A stretch of 64,000 nt of DNA, taken from Ruditapes philippinarum (taxonomy: Eukaryota). The stretch covers positions 1 through 64,000 of the forward strand of contig NW_026867252.1 of NCBI RefSeq assembly GCF_026571515.1, read 5' to 3'. Position numbers and translations under genes: made by a program. Positions 54,001-61,881 of the stretch are shown piece by piece (position 1 is the first letter of the stretch; the number at the start of each line of letters is the position of its first letter). The notes beneath the pieces are model-generated. The model saw only the letters and a program-made list of their open reading frames with translations, searched no databases and was not told the DNA's origin.

Positions 54001-57000
54001 TTTTCTCATTTCACTATTTTCCTTAAGTTGCTGTCGGTATTCGCACTCCCAAATTGACACGACATTATATCCTTGGTATTTTAAGTATGCTATTCTATGT
54101 TTGGTTCGAGAATACCGTTCTGTTTGTATTTGTTGATCAGTAGATACTACACAACTATGTCCGTGAAAATAGCAACCAAGAAATTCGTACGCAGTGTTAG
54201 TCGTACAATCATATCCGTCGAGTAAGTATGGTCCTACTCTTGTTTCCACTCCGTTGTTCATTTTATGTTTAATTTTAACGTGACGACTGTAATTAAGCCA
54301 TTCCATCCAGTCGTACATCACCTGATATCTGTTTGTAGACCTAACAGGACGAAATCCATGTTCTCGTTTCCGTCGAATGTAATTTCCACATGGCATTGGT
54401 TGACAAATACAGTATAAATATAAAGCATTAGCATCGTATCCTACAATAGACTTGCATGGATACTGTTCATTCCCTCTTATATTTGTAATGTCTGCCTCTT
54501 GCATTCTTGAAAATATCACGGATGGACCTCCAATTATATTTGCTTTCAATACATGGTACAAGTCTTCGTCATTTCTATCAATCAACGGAAAATTAGCCCC
54601 TTTTCCTAATCCTGACTGAAACATACTTTTTCTTGCGGCACAGGGAACAGATAAACAGTTTTTAAATATGTCTATACCCTTATCTACAAAGTGTAATCTA
54701 TACTTCTCTATTCCTTCCACCATCGGCAAAGTGTCTAGATTATTGTAATATTTCAAAAAGTCAAAAAATGTTTTCATGTTGTTTTGACGCCAGATTTTTA
54801 GTAAAGATTCATATCTTTCATCTATTTTCGATATAGGTGGAGATTCTAACTTTAAATGCTCCAAAGCCTCTTTCTCTGATTTATTATCGTTTCTAGTAAG
54901 TTTTTCAAAGTCTATCCTGGTTGCGTCTTCCAGAGTGTTACATTGTTTTAATGTGGAAAAGAAAGTCTCTTTTGGTGGAAGGGATGGCTCGTCTAACACC
55001 GATAAGTTAGTGAAGTACTCATCAGGAAAGTAACTTTTTCTGTGTTTAACATCAAATGTTTGCAAAAACTTGTCATACGACGTACCTGGTGGGAGATAAT
55101 TTATCATATCCAAGAAACGAAGGTTGTTGTTCGACAAATATATTAAGCATTATTTTTCTTTACCACAAACTTTTGTTGATTGGGTTTATGAAGTTTTAAA
55201 AGTTTTGCTAACTTATTTTTTACCAAATTTAAGTCATACTTGGCAGAATTATATCCAATAACGGGAATTTGTTTACAGTATGTTTCAAAACGTTCGCAAA
55301 TGCGAAGAATTGATTTGAACATTAATTTCGAAGTTTCAGGAAANNNNNNNNNNNNNNNNNNNNNNNNNNNNNNNNNNNNNNNNNNNNNNNNNNNNNNNNN
55401 NNNNNNNNNNNNNNNNNNNNNNNNNNNNNNNNNNNNNNNNNNNNNNNNNNNNNNNNNNNNNNNNNNNNNNNNNNNNNNNNNATCATTTTCGTCATCATCA
55501 TCATCATCATCGTTGTCATCACTCTCGATTCGTGTAGAGTTTAAGGCATGAAAAGGTTGAATAAAGTCATCATCATCATCATCATCATCAACATCATCAT
55601 CAACAACAGCAGCAGCAGCAGCAGCAGCGGCATCACCTACATAACCATTATCATCATTTTCGTCATCATCATCATCGTTGTCATCACTCTCGATTCGTCT
55701 ATGGTTTAAGGCATGAACAGGTTGAATAAAATCATCATCATCATCATCGAAATCACTTTCCATTCTTATAGTAGTCCTCGCATTCAGTGCACGAATAGGT
55801 AAAGTAGAATCAACAGAATCGAAATCATCAAGATTTGTACCTATGTTGCTAGCACACTCCGTACTGTTGCTGATGGAGGAGGTGGAACTGAGGTTGCTGT
55901 CACTCTCCCAGTTGTTATATTGCACTTGAAATGTACCTGAAGACTCGAGGTTTTTCAAACATTTATAGAAAACATTTTCTTTGCTCGTGGCGTATAGAAA
56001 TTCATTCGAAAGCGGCTCATACTCCTTACTTTCTTTTGCTTGATTCTCATCATCATCATCATCATCATCGTCATCAGAGCTACCCAAATTAATGTCGTCT
56101 TTCATGTTCCACTGACTCTGTAATCTGTCTAAACTCGTAAACACATCTCTCCACCTGACTTTTGCTAACGCATACGCTCTATCAGATATGTCATTCATGT
56201 ACGATATCATTTTATTCAGTAAGATGTCTGGGTCGGATTCAAGTAAGAACTAAGGATTTTCAAAACTATCAACATTACTGCAGACACTGACCGATACTGG
56301 CTGGTGAAGCTGTGTTTTGGTAAGTCTGTCTTCCGAATTTTCGCTAACTGTTTTAAGCATGGCTTCGAAATCAAATGTAACAAACCAAGGATAATTCTGT
56401 AAAGATGTATTCACACAAACCCCAAGGTCTTTTAGTTGATCGAAGATAGATTTCGGTGGAGTGTAGTAACCACCGCGGAATCTTAATTTTGTTGCGTTCT
56501 GACATGTTTTCTGGTGTTGAAGTAGATTATCTTTGCGATTAAATAGCTTGTCACACAATCTACATTGGAATTTTAAGGCGTACGATGAAAATGTTGATAC
56601 ATAACTGAGATGGTCTTCAAATAGATTTAAATTCATTGTTTTATTTGTCTCACCAGAGAAGACTTCTCTGGATCTGTATAGCACCTGAACAGTCTTATCT
56701 TCACTAAGTTCATAAACATTTATATTTGTTTCAAAACATTGCTCTAAATCGCACATTCTATTTAGTGTAACGTCTGTCAGTTTTAATTTCTTTGTGGAGC
56801 AATACTGTATCCAAGTATTATGAAATTCTTTAGTTAAAGTTTCGCATTGAATATTCTTTATTTTGTGATAAGACAAACAGCGAAAAAAGCATAAATTATC
56901 CGCGTATAATCTCTTGGTATATGGATTCTTCTGAAAGGATACTATACTCTTCGAGTGTAAGATATATTTCGGTAATGGTTGACTTAAACCGAGAGGAAAG

Positions 57001-58358
57001 CTCGTATTGTTCACATTATATAGTACATTTGAAATGAACACCGGGCGCCATTTTGAATTTGGCTTTTGTTTGTGAAAATAATTAGGAATATCCAGTTTAG
57101 ATAACCGCAAAAGTAACATTTCAATGTCTTTTCTATTATTAATAAGCTGTGGGAATAAAAATATTTTATCGGTGTAATGCGCAGAAAAGTATCTGTATTC
57201 TTCCGACTCAACATGCTGTAAAATGAGTCCAAATGAAATATTAATTTTAAAAGCAGTTTGACTTCTTTCAAAAATATAATTAATTTGATCTTCCAACTGT
57301 TCCATTGTATTTAAATTTGGAACTGGAAAATTGTATGTACTCCTCACATCACCTTCTCTCACCCTTTCTCCCAAAATCAAATGTCTATGTTCTATGTAAA
57401 CCCGCTTCATTCTATCATTTATACTCCCGTCGGCATTCTCCCATGGAGGACTTTCATTCCTCTCATCCCAAGGATAAAGTTGTAAATTCGAAGCAGTCGG
57501 TTGATTATGCACTAACATTCTGTGACGGTACAAATCTTTGTAGTCCGTAAAGCACTTGTCACATCGTCGACATTTAGGCTGAACGTGACTATTCTGGGAC
57601 GTTCGCTGTTTTCCATTAGTCTCACTCTCTACGTTTTTAGTAGTGTTATTAATACAGCTTTTATTCTCAGTACTACTTCCCCCGGCTTGGTTATGCTTTA
57701 AACTGAATTCATGTTTTACTAAAAGTCCATGGGAAGCGAATATCGCGCCACAGGTTTTACACTGAAAACCTTTATTCTCCTTGACAGATTGATTCTTTTC
57801 ATTTTTGCTTCTACAAAGTTTTTCATGTTTGAGTCGACCTCTGTAGTTTGTGAATTGCTTCCTGCATATCCCACATAGGGTATTATCCGTTTTTTTCACT
57901 AAACGCCCAGCACATTTCTTTTCATGTTTGTTTAGATTAAACTTTGTGGAAAATTGTTTTTCACATTTAGAACATATTGGTATCTCTTTATTTTTGTTGT
58001 TGTTGATACTAAAATTACTGTTGGTTCCATTGTTATTCTGGTGGTTAACAGTATGTCTGCTGGTAGAGTTCCTGAAATTTTAATAAAATAAAGATAACAT
58101 TAGTATACGATTTGAGCATACGTACTGTGCAGTTGATGTTGACAAGACTTTACAGTTATATTGACTGAAAGACCTTTATCGAGTTCATTGTGGAATGATC
58201 AACAAACAAACAAGCATCCTGAACGAAATACCTGTCATAGTTCTCGTTGTTCTTTTGACGTTTCGCTAGTTTTCTATCATTGTCTTGGGTACTACGACGC
58301 TCCTCCTGCAAAATATATATATTTTATTATTACTTCAAAACAACAAAGTTGTCATCAC

Positions 58359-58391
<33 letters not shown>

Positions 58392-61300
58392 AATCGACAT
58401 ATAGAATTTGTACCTGAATTGTAGTACCGGTTCTTCATGCTTTCTCATTCTTTAGTTTTCTATTTCATGTGATAGATATCTATATTTAAATTCTTTATAG
58501 AAGTAAATAAATTATATTATTATATTATTATAATTACCCATTATATTGTTTTTTTATGACGCGGCTCATTTGCTATTTCATTTGTTTGTTTGTTTGACAA
58601 CAGACCCATTCAATTACTTCAACGTGTCAGACTAAATACTCTATATAATATTGTGTTTGTAAGCGTGATAGTACTCTCCTGCGCATCGGTCGAATGTTTC
58701 AATATCGCTCACTGTCTGAAGTAACGTGAGGTATTCCATGAGCTGCAAAGGGAGCGTAGCGTGAAAGATGTTGCACTTTTCAGTTTCAAGCGTGCGATTT
58801 TCACTTTTATTCGTTTTATGGCTACTTCCTTTCTTCAGAAAATATACACCATACTGCTTGTTGTACTGTCGTCAACCATCCTGCATATTTAATTACATAT
58901 ACACATATAGTATGTTAATTTAAGTAAAGTATTGAATTTAACTTCCGTTTGTACTTAAACCGTTACTTCAATCATTATTAAAGCGTCATTTTAAAATCAA
59001 GCAAACAATGCACACATATTGAATCATTTGACAGGAAACAAAACTAATATTAAATTTATTGTTCAAGTTTCAAGTTGAATCGTTTGAGGATGAGTTTCAA
59101 AGGAAACAAATTATCTGCACAATCTTTCAAATTCACTTTGTGCAAACATTCTGATCAGTGTAATCAAGATTACAGTTTGGTAATATATTGTATCGAATCA
59201 CTACCTTGAAAATGCTGATACATAGCTTTTTTTCTTGCCTGGTCAATTTCATAATATCAGACAATCGTTTGGTATTCTATTAAGTATGTGTTCAATTTTA
59301 ATATGCGCTTATTTCTTTAAATTTCAAATGAAACAAAAATACTGTCAAGAACCTGTCCAGTTCATTCCACGCTCAGTAATATACCAAAGGTCATATCTTT
59401 TAGAAAAATTCCCAAATGTTTTTTTTTGTCAAATGTAAGACAGACTTCAAAATCCAAAAATAAATTCGATTTAAAGTTAATCAATTTAATATGTTCACCT
59501 ATTTGGAGATAAAATATTACATTTTCTTCATTTTATTTCAATATATATTGATGAACTGTCTGATAAAACTGAGGGTGACTCATAAAGCTAAATTTATCAG
59601 GCATAAACTTTAATTTAATGACATGGTAAAGTAATATCTATAATGTACTAGTAACTCAAACTGATTGCAGGAGTATGGCATAACATTATGAGCTTCTTTA
59701 GATAGGATATTTTTCCCCATCTTTCTTTGACCGCCTCTAATTATAATGGGCTTGTAATTTTCTATTATAAATATTTTTTTAACATTAAAATTTTAATTTT
59801 CAGCATGTCCGTCAACAGTACATAAGGATGTCAAAGGGTTTGGACCAGATTGTAAATACAGATGTAATTGTAAGAATAATGACCAATGTGATGAAAATGG
59901 AATATGCCCGCAAGGTTGTTTGTATGGATGGATGGGACCAGCTTGCCAATACCGTATGTCAGTTTGACATAAATAATCGTATACAAATGAAAGGAGTAGC
60001 TTCCATGTATTTATTAGATTCTGGATATAATAATTTCTTTAGGTCAAATATTTCAATTCAATATTTTTGAGATTATTAAAGAATCTGCATACCGGCGGGT
60101 ATGGTGAAGATTATTTATTTAATGTAAAACTTGATATAATATATTTTCTCTATTTCATCAAAATATTCTATAATTTATGTGCAGATATTTGTTTGTACTT
60201 TAAACTGAATATATAAATGCACAAGAATTCAAATCTGAACGAAAATATCAAATAACTGACATATTCATGAAATCTAAGTATTTATACAATGATGATTTAT
60301 GTTTAGTTAATCATGCATTAACATCAAAGCAAGCTATGCAGAGTGGAAATAGTCCCTTTTTGGGACACTTCGCAATAGATGGTGATGCAAGTTCATGTAG
60401 TAGGACAAATCCAACAGTATCAGAACAATTATGGTGGAGGGTCGAGCTAAATTACAAGCTTTATATAACTGGCCTTGTTCTCAATATACCAGGTTCAGCA
60501 ACAGGTGTGTTAATTCTATATTAAGTTCTAAATTTGTAACTACAGTCAAATTGCAAGATTATTTCTTCATTGTGGCGGCGTTGCCGAGTGGTTAACGTCT
60601 GACTAGTAATCTAAGTATTGCTAGACGCGTGGGATATGGACAAGCCCTTGTTTCCCTGAGCAAAGAACTTTAAACTCATTTTTTTACTGATTTGTTCCTG
60701 GAACGGATTCGAGAGAGTTTCAATAAACTTATACATGTAGCTTCCAACACAATCGAACTAACAAAAAAATAGTATAAACCAAATTGAAAGTTTTCTTTAT
60801 CTTATTCGTAACCTGATGTGAATCAACGCAGGGCATTTGGTTACTTATTTTTCTTACCGATACATGATTTCACTCGGGTGTCTAAAGATAATACAAAGAT
60901 ATAGATTAGTTCAAAACAACTTGCCATGAGGTTATTTCGTGATATGAGTTTGGGTCATTTGACAACGATTGAGACTAAAAAAAGATTGAAGCATTACACT
61001 AAATACCGTACTCCGGTATATACTGGATAAGGCGCTTGAATGATAAAATGCTAAAATCGTGTCCTTTTACCCAACGAAATGAACTTTAAAAGGTCTAATT
61101 CATCGATTGATGTATGATTATAAATTAAAAAATGTAATAATCGGAGAAATAAACGATATTTGTCTATTTATTGATCATGATTTCTGCAAGCGTCTAGAGG
61201 TACTGCTCCAGTCCTTTAATTGCTTTTGAGAATTTTTCTTGTATTAAGACTATTATTGAATTAGAGTATTATTGAAAATAAGAGTTTTAAGTGATCAAAC

Positions 61301-61881
61301 AGTAATCTATATTCTGTAATTCCGTAATCATTTAAACAATTCAAAGACATTAAATATATATCTATATAAACACTTTTATTTTGTTGTAAAGTTTCAGTTT
61401 TTATAGCACTACGTACTTCTATATAGGAATGCCTAATTCTGCATTTAATAAACATGTGCATACCTCTTCATTTGGACAATTAACATTATCTTGCGTCAAG
61501 CATGTATAACTGATACTGTACTGTTTCCATCCGTCACATTTGTATTATTTTATACCTCCGTCAAAATTCATTGGGCTATTTTTCCCTGAATTGATTTATT
61601 TCTTCTGAAATCCGTTCATTCGCGTTTGTCGCAATCGTGAAGTCTTCTACCATAATGATCAGATAAATTCCTTTTTTTTTCAGAGAAGTATAGAGGTTTT
61701 ACTATAGAGATAGGAAACGGCACGGATGTAAAAGACTTATGTTATCAACATGGAACTGACAGTAACGGAAGTAGGAAAATGACAATCTACTGTGAAAAAG
61801 AGATAATTGGTAATGTGGTGGAAATTAAACTCGCTAAAAATGTAGACAAGCTAACTCTATGTGAGGTTCAAATATTTGGAG
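39096..61881 (+). CDS. Tandem paralogue of the EGF/FTLD receptor (partial; exons 1-4, presumably continues beyond the window)
   Basis: Exon 1 39096-39162 (MDIKFKFIFLIFGMKFIGTVVC signal peptide, G|GTAAG phase 1). Exon 2 59804-59953 (CKYRCNC..DQC..GC..GWMGPACQY versus gene 1 CQYRCHC..DQC..GC..GWMGPGCQY). Exon 3 60307-60504 (AIDGD..CSRT..WWRVEL). Exon 4 61684-61881 (CYQH..LTLCEVQIFG). Intron phases match gene 1, and exon 4 is 198 bp in both. Confidence 0.85.
40240..41700 (-). mobile_element. Older Helentron-type element / satellite-like array of roughly 160-bp diverged units
   Basis: Recurring aaaagtatttgacctag.gtcatgaaact..gttgtgcacctggg..gcccttgacttag..ttttcaacttgtgtc units (about 9); ends gggggcacccgcgtcctatggacacatttctattt. 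Confidence 0.75.
41881..42435. mobile_element. hAT-type MITE with 8-bp TSD
   Basis: TIRs tagtgttg ... caacacta with subterminal atcgat/atcgg repeats; perfect TSD ggttttag at 41873-41880 and 42436-42443. Confidence 0.9.
45117..46260 (+). pseudogene. Polinton accessory gene: PC4-like region plus Cys/His motif (CQGCKSQHPSQKQHMVEGGCL); two 5' frameshifts; one intron 45923-46131
   Basis: ATG at 45117 with shifted frames leading into ORF 45302-45922. FDVDIRKCVKMEEGSYRYTSEGVRFT resembles PC4 IDIRE..GE.KPG.KGISL. Donor CAG|GTATGT and acceptor TTTCAG|AAA give an in-frame 42-codon last exon ending TAA at 46260, followed by AATAAA. Confidence 0.7.
46559..46861 (+). CDS. Small Polinton protein (about 100 aa), possible PC4-like fold
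   Basis: ORF 46412-46861, likely start at ATG 46559. C-terminal LNLDGCHHVSVFQNEEARVVINIRKGTRSVNISKEVLIQL follows the PC4 strand/helix pattern. Stop lies 10 bp before the integrase ATG. Confidence 0.55.
   Translation: MAQAHVNICTSASNDTMGSILYENDSSNITSELNTVNSNKRKVSLNLDGCHHVSVFQNEEARVVINIRKGTRSVNISKEVLIQLCGLQQVILQCCEFIQS
46871..47991 (+). pseudogene. Retroviral-type (rve, DDE) Polinton integrase with C-terminal chromodomain, frameshifted near 47838
   Basis: YTLHK, GVDLA, LIVIDVFSKY, SDKGGEF, VDRLIRTLR (third acidic residue is D rather than E), YNATPHRS, FYEQELQ. The -1 frame continues WIIELILKKRKRRGTDEYLVKYEGWPNKFNSWV (chromodomain), stop at 47989-47991. Confidence 0.93.
47998..48408 (+). CDS. 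Polinton minor capsid protein (penton, single jelly-roll), 136 aa
   Basis: YPNNKPYCFKIKL..IELNGDWEIALAEI..LYIYSDI..LLRRV..YVPL..VTLVVHLR matches the Polinton penton motif order. Confidence 0.85.
   Translation: MSYYMIFRSDQDLDYYPNNKPYCFKIKLRQNIELNGDWEIALAEITLREAIKKEDILYIYSDICGESFINGVNATLLRRVVVNNNENAAFSSFYYVPLIKSEINEKEFRITNYQGVTAKHLKNPVTLVVHLRSHRS
48422..48778 (+). pseudogene. Small basic-tailed Polinton protein (putative DNA-binding core protein), premature TAA at 48476
   Basis: MNDNHQYVPNYEKWIQFY*..KVEFVSPAQQIVEQATSEIKRE..RRRRRGR. Single frame that exactly fills the gap between penton and MCP. Confidence 0.65.
48788..50118 (+). pseudogene. Polinton double jelly-roll major capsid protein, frameshifted near 49875
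   Basis: SELEIFS..PTQTAV..SPIQFTV..YIDTKRS..GPVNLLAHALFDQVDV..YPFKAYIQTLL; ORF 49873-50118 supplies the C-terminus DFAKGFAVYAFDIEP..FEINKARDV. Confidence 0.92.
50471..50983 (+). CDS. PC4/Sub1-like ssDNA-binding-fold protein with N-terminal hydrophobic (TM-like) segment, 170 aa
   Basis: YDIYHDTYVTVCNRYGVVVLDIRRFF..IGIQISERQWIKLKQV aligns by eye to the PC4 pattern [42 protein letters not shown]. Hydrophobic stretch VIKWIGVVVLLFVYTSIPGIIIL lies upstream. Confidence 0.75.
   Translation: MTSLQSSPQDSTEDTVTTKIMESFTEENVFHMESRNLKCHLNVIKWIGVVVLLFVYTSIPGIIILNDQKARSVDVLDYKIEMQQQNETACVFIKQYDIYHDTYVTVCNRYGVVVLDIRRFFNDTASIIGIQISERQWIKLKQVTPLVDKAISEARTYWKDLKILKYKNEK
51030..51698 (+). pseudogene. A32/FtsK-like genome packaging ATPase; premature TAA at codon 4
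   Basis: Walker A variant SASNGGKT, Walker B LILDDLM, SHH..SIIYLTHN, RTISLN..YYVLFKN.RD, GYLLVDL, RLRTNIFP. The in-frame ATG at 51030 is followed by TAA at 51039. Confidence 0.9.
51711..52031 (+). pseudogene. Conserved small basic Polinton protein (core-like), premature TAA at 51888
   Basis: MTDVLKKEATFLQYF..KKSISKHLTKSQTSAISQILFNAIKGTFQLNKSQTSE*KRYRTSLYTIADKKTSLQLKRNLV resembles the small basic ORF that usually follows the ATPase (I..I..N.L.G...L..L..LA.KK.S). Confidence 0.65.
52036..52323 (+). pseudogene. Small Polinton protein (MSAKELVLL..YNLL..PG..RWIPY), premature TAA at 52204
   Basis: One frame 52036-52323. N-terminal K.LVL....Y..L and C-terminal PG...W..Y motifs are typical of a conserved Polinton accessory ORF. 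Confidence 0.55.
55344..55481. other. Assembly gap (138 N) within the PolB acidic repeat
   Basis: Run of N adjoining (TCA)n tandem repeats. Confidence 1.
55482..55800 (-). repeat. Coding tandem repeat (DDDFIQP.HALN..RIESDDNDDDD units) with (GAT)n and (GCT)n microsatellites
   Basis: Two near-identical units (55483-55590, 55651-55750) plus a degenerate third (LPIRALNARTTIRMESD). Confidence 0.9.
58536..58570. repeat. 35-bp terminal remnant of the palindromic MITE family seen at 2322-2531
   Basis: acccattatattgtttttttatgacgcggctcatt versus the reverse complement of 2322-2357, acccattatgttggttttgtcgtgacgcggctcatt. Confidence 0.7.
60574..60760 (+). mobile_element. tRNA-derived CORE-type SINE, degenerate
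   Basis: A-box-like ggcggcgttgccgagtggttaa, then gtttccctgagcaaagaactttaaactcatt (CORE-like) and ggaacggattcgag. Confidence 0.65.
60996..61215 (+). repeat. Interspersed repeat, copy of 13285-13530
   Basis: Colinear similarity over about 200 bp. Confidence 0.8.

Larger units (their letters stand above)
52663..58305 (-). pseudogene. pPolB: Protein-primed DNA polymerase B polyprotein (zinc fingers, terminal-protein region, vOTU-like protease, exonuclease with acidic insert, polymerase with inserted VSR-like nuclease); spliced 5' end; stops and a frameshift
   Basis: ORFs 56250-57899, 55143-56210, 53113-55137, 52663-53109. ExoI FDFEA, ExoII GYNSAKYD, ExoIII YNNLD, motif A YDANALY, motif B KLIGNSAFG, motif C MDTDS, RTPGLMK, SKSY, KGV. 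In-frame stops at 56250 and 53113; stop plus frameshift near 55140. The frame is open upstream to an acceptor at 58071. Confidence 0.95.
44677..58535. mobile_element. Polinton/Maverick (adintovirus-like) endogenous viral element, decayed, right end truncated
   Basis: Starts with AGTAGTAGTAGT, the typical Polinton terminus. Carries integrase, penton, DJR major capsid, packaging ATPase on + and pPolB on -. No matching right TIR seen; the right boundary is approximate. Confidence 0.95.

Noticed and set aside
53528-54057. Antisense ORFs over PolB, integrase, MCP and others (for example 47540-48357, 49683-49892, 57305-57550)
   Set aside because: Shadow frames of genuine genes with no recognisable motifs.
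58161-58424. Poly-His ORF on + strand
   Set aside because: Arises from a (CAT)n microsatellite in a minus-strand PolB intron; no coding hallmarks.
61505-61531. tataactgatactgtactgtttccatc as the right TIR plus TSD of the Polinton
   Set aside because: Only loose similarity, no extended inverted match, and it lies beyond host exons 2 and 3.
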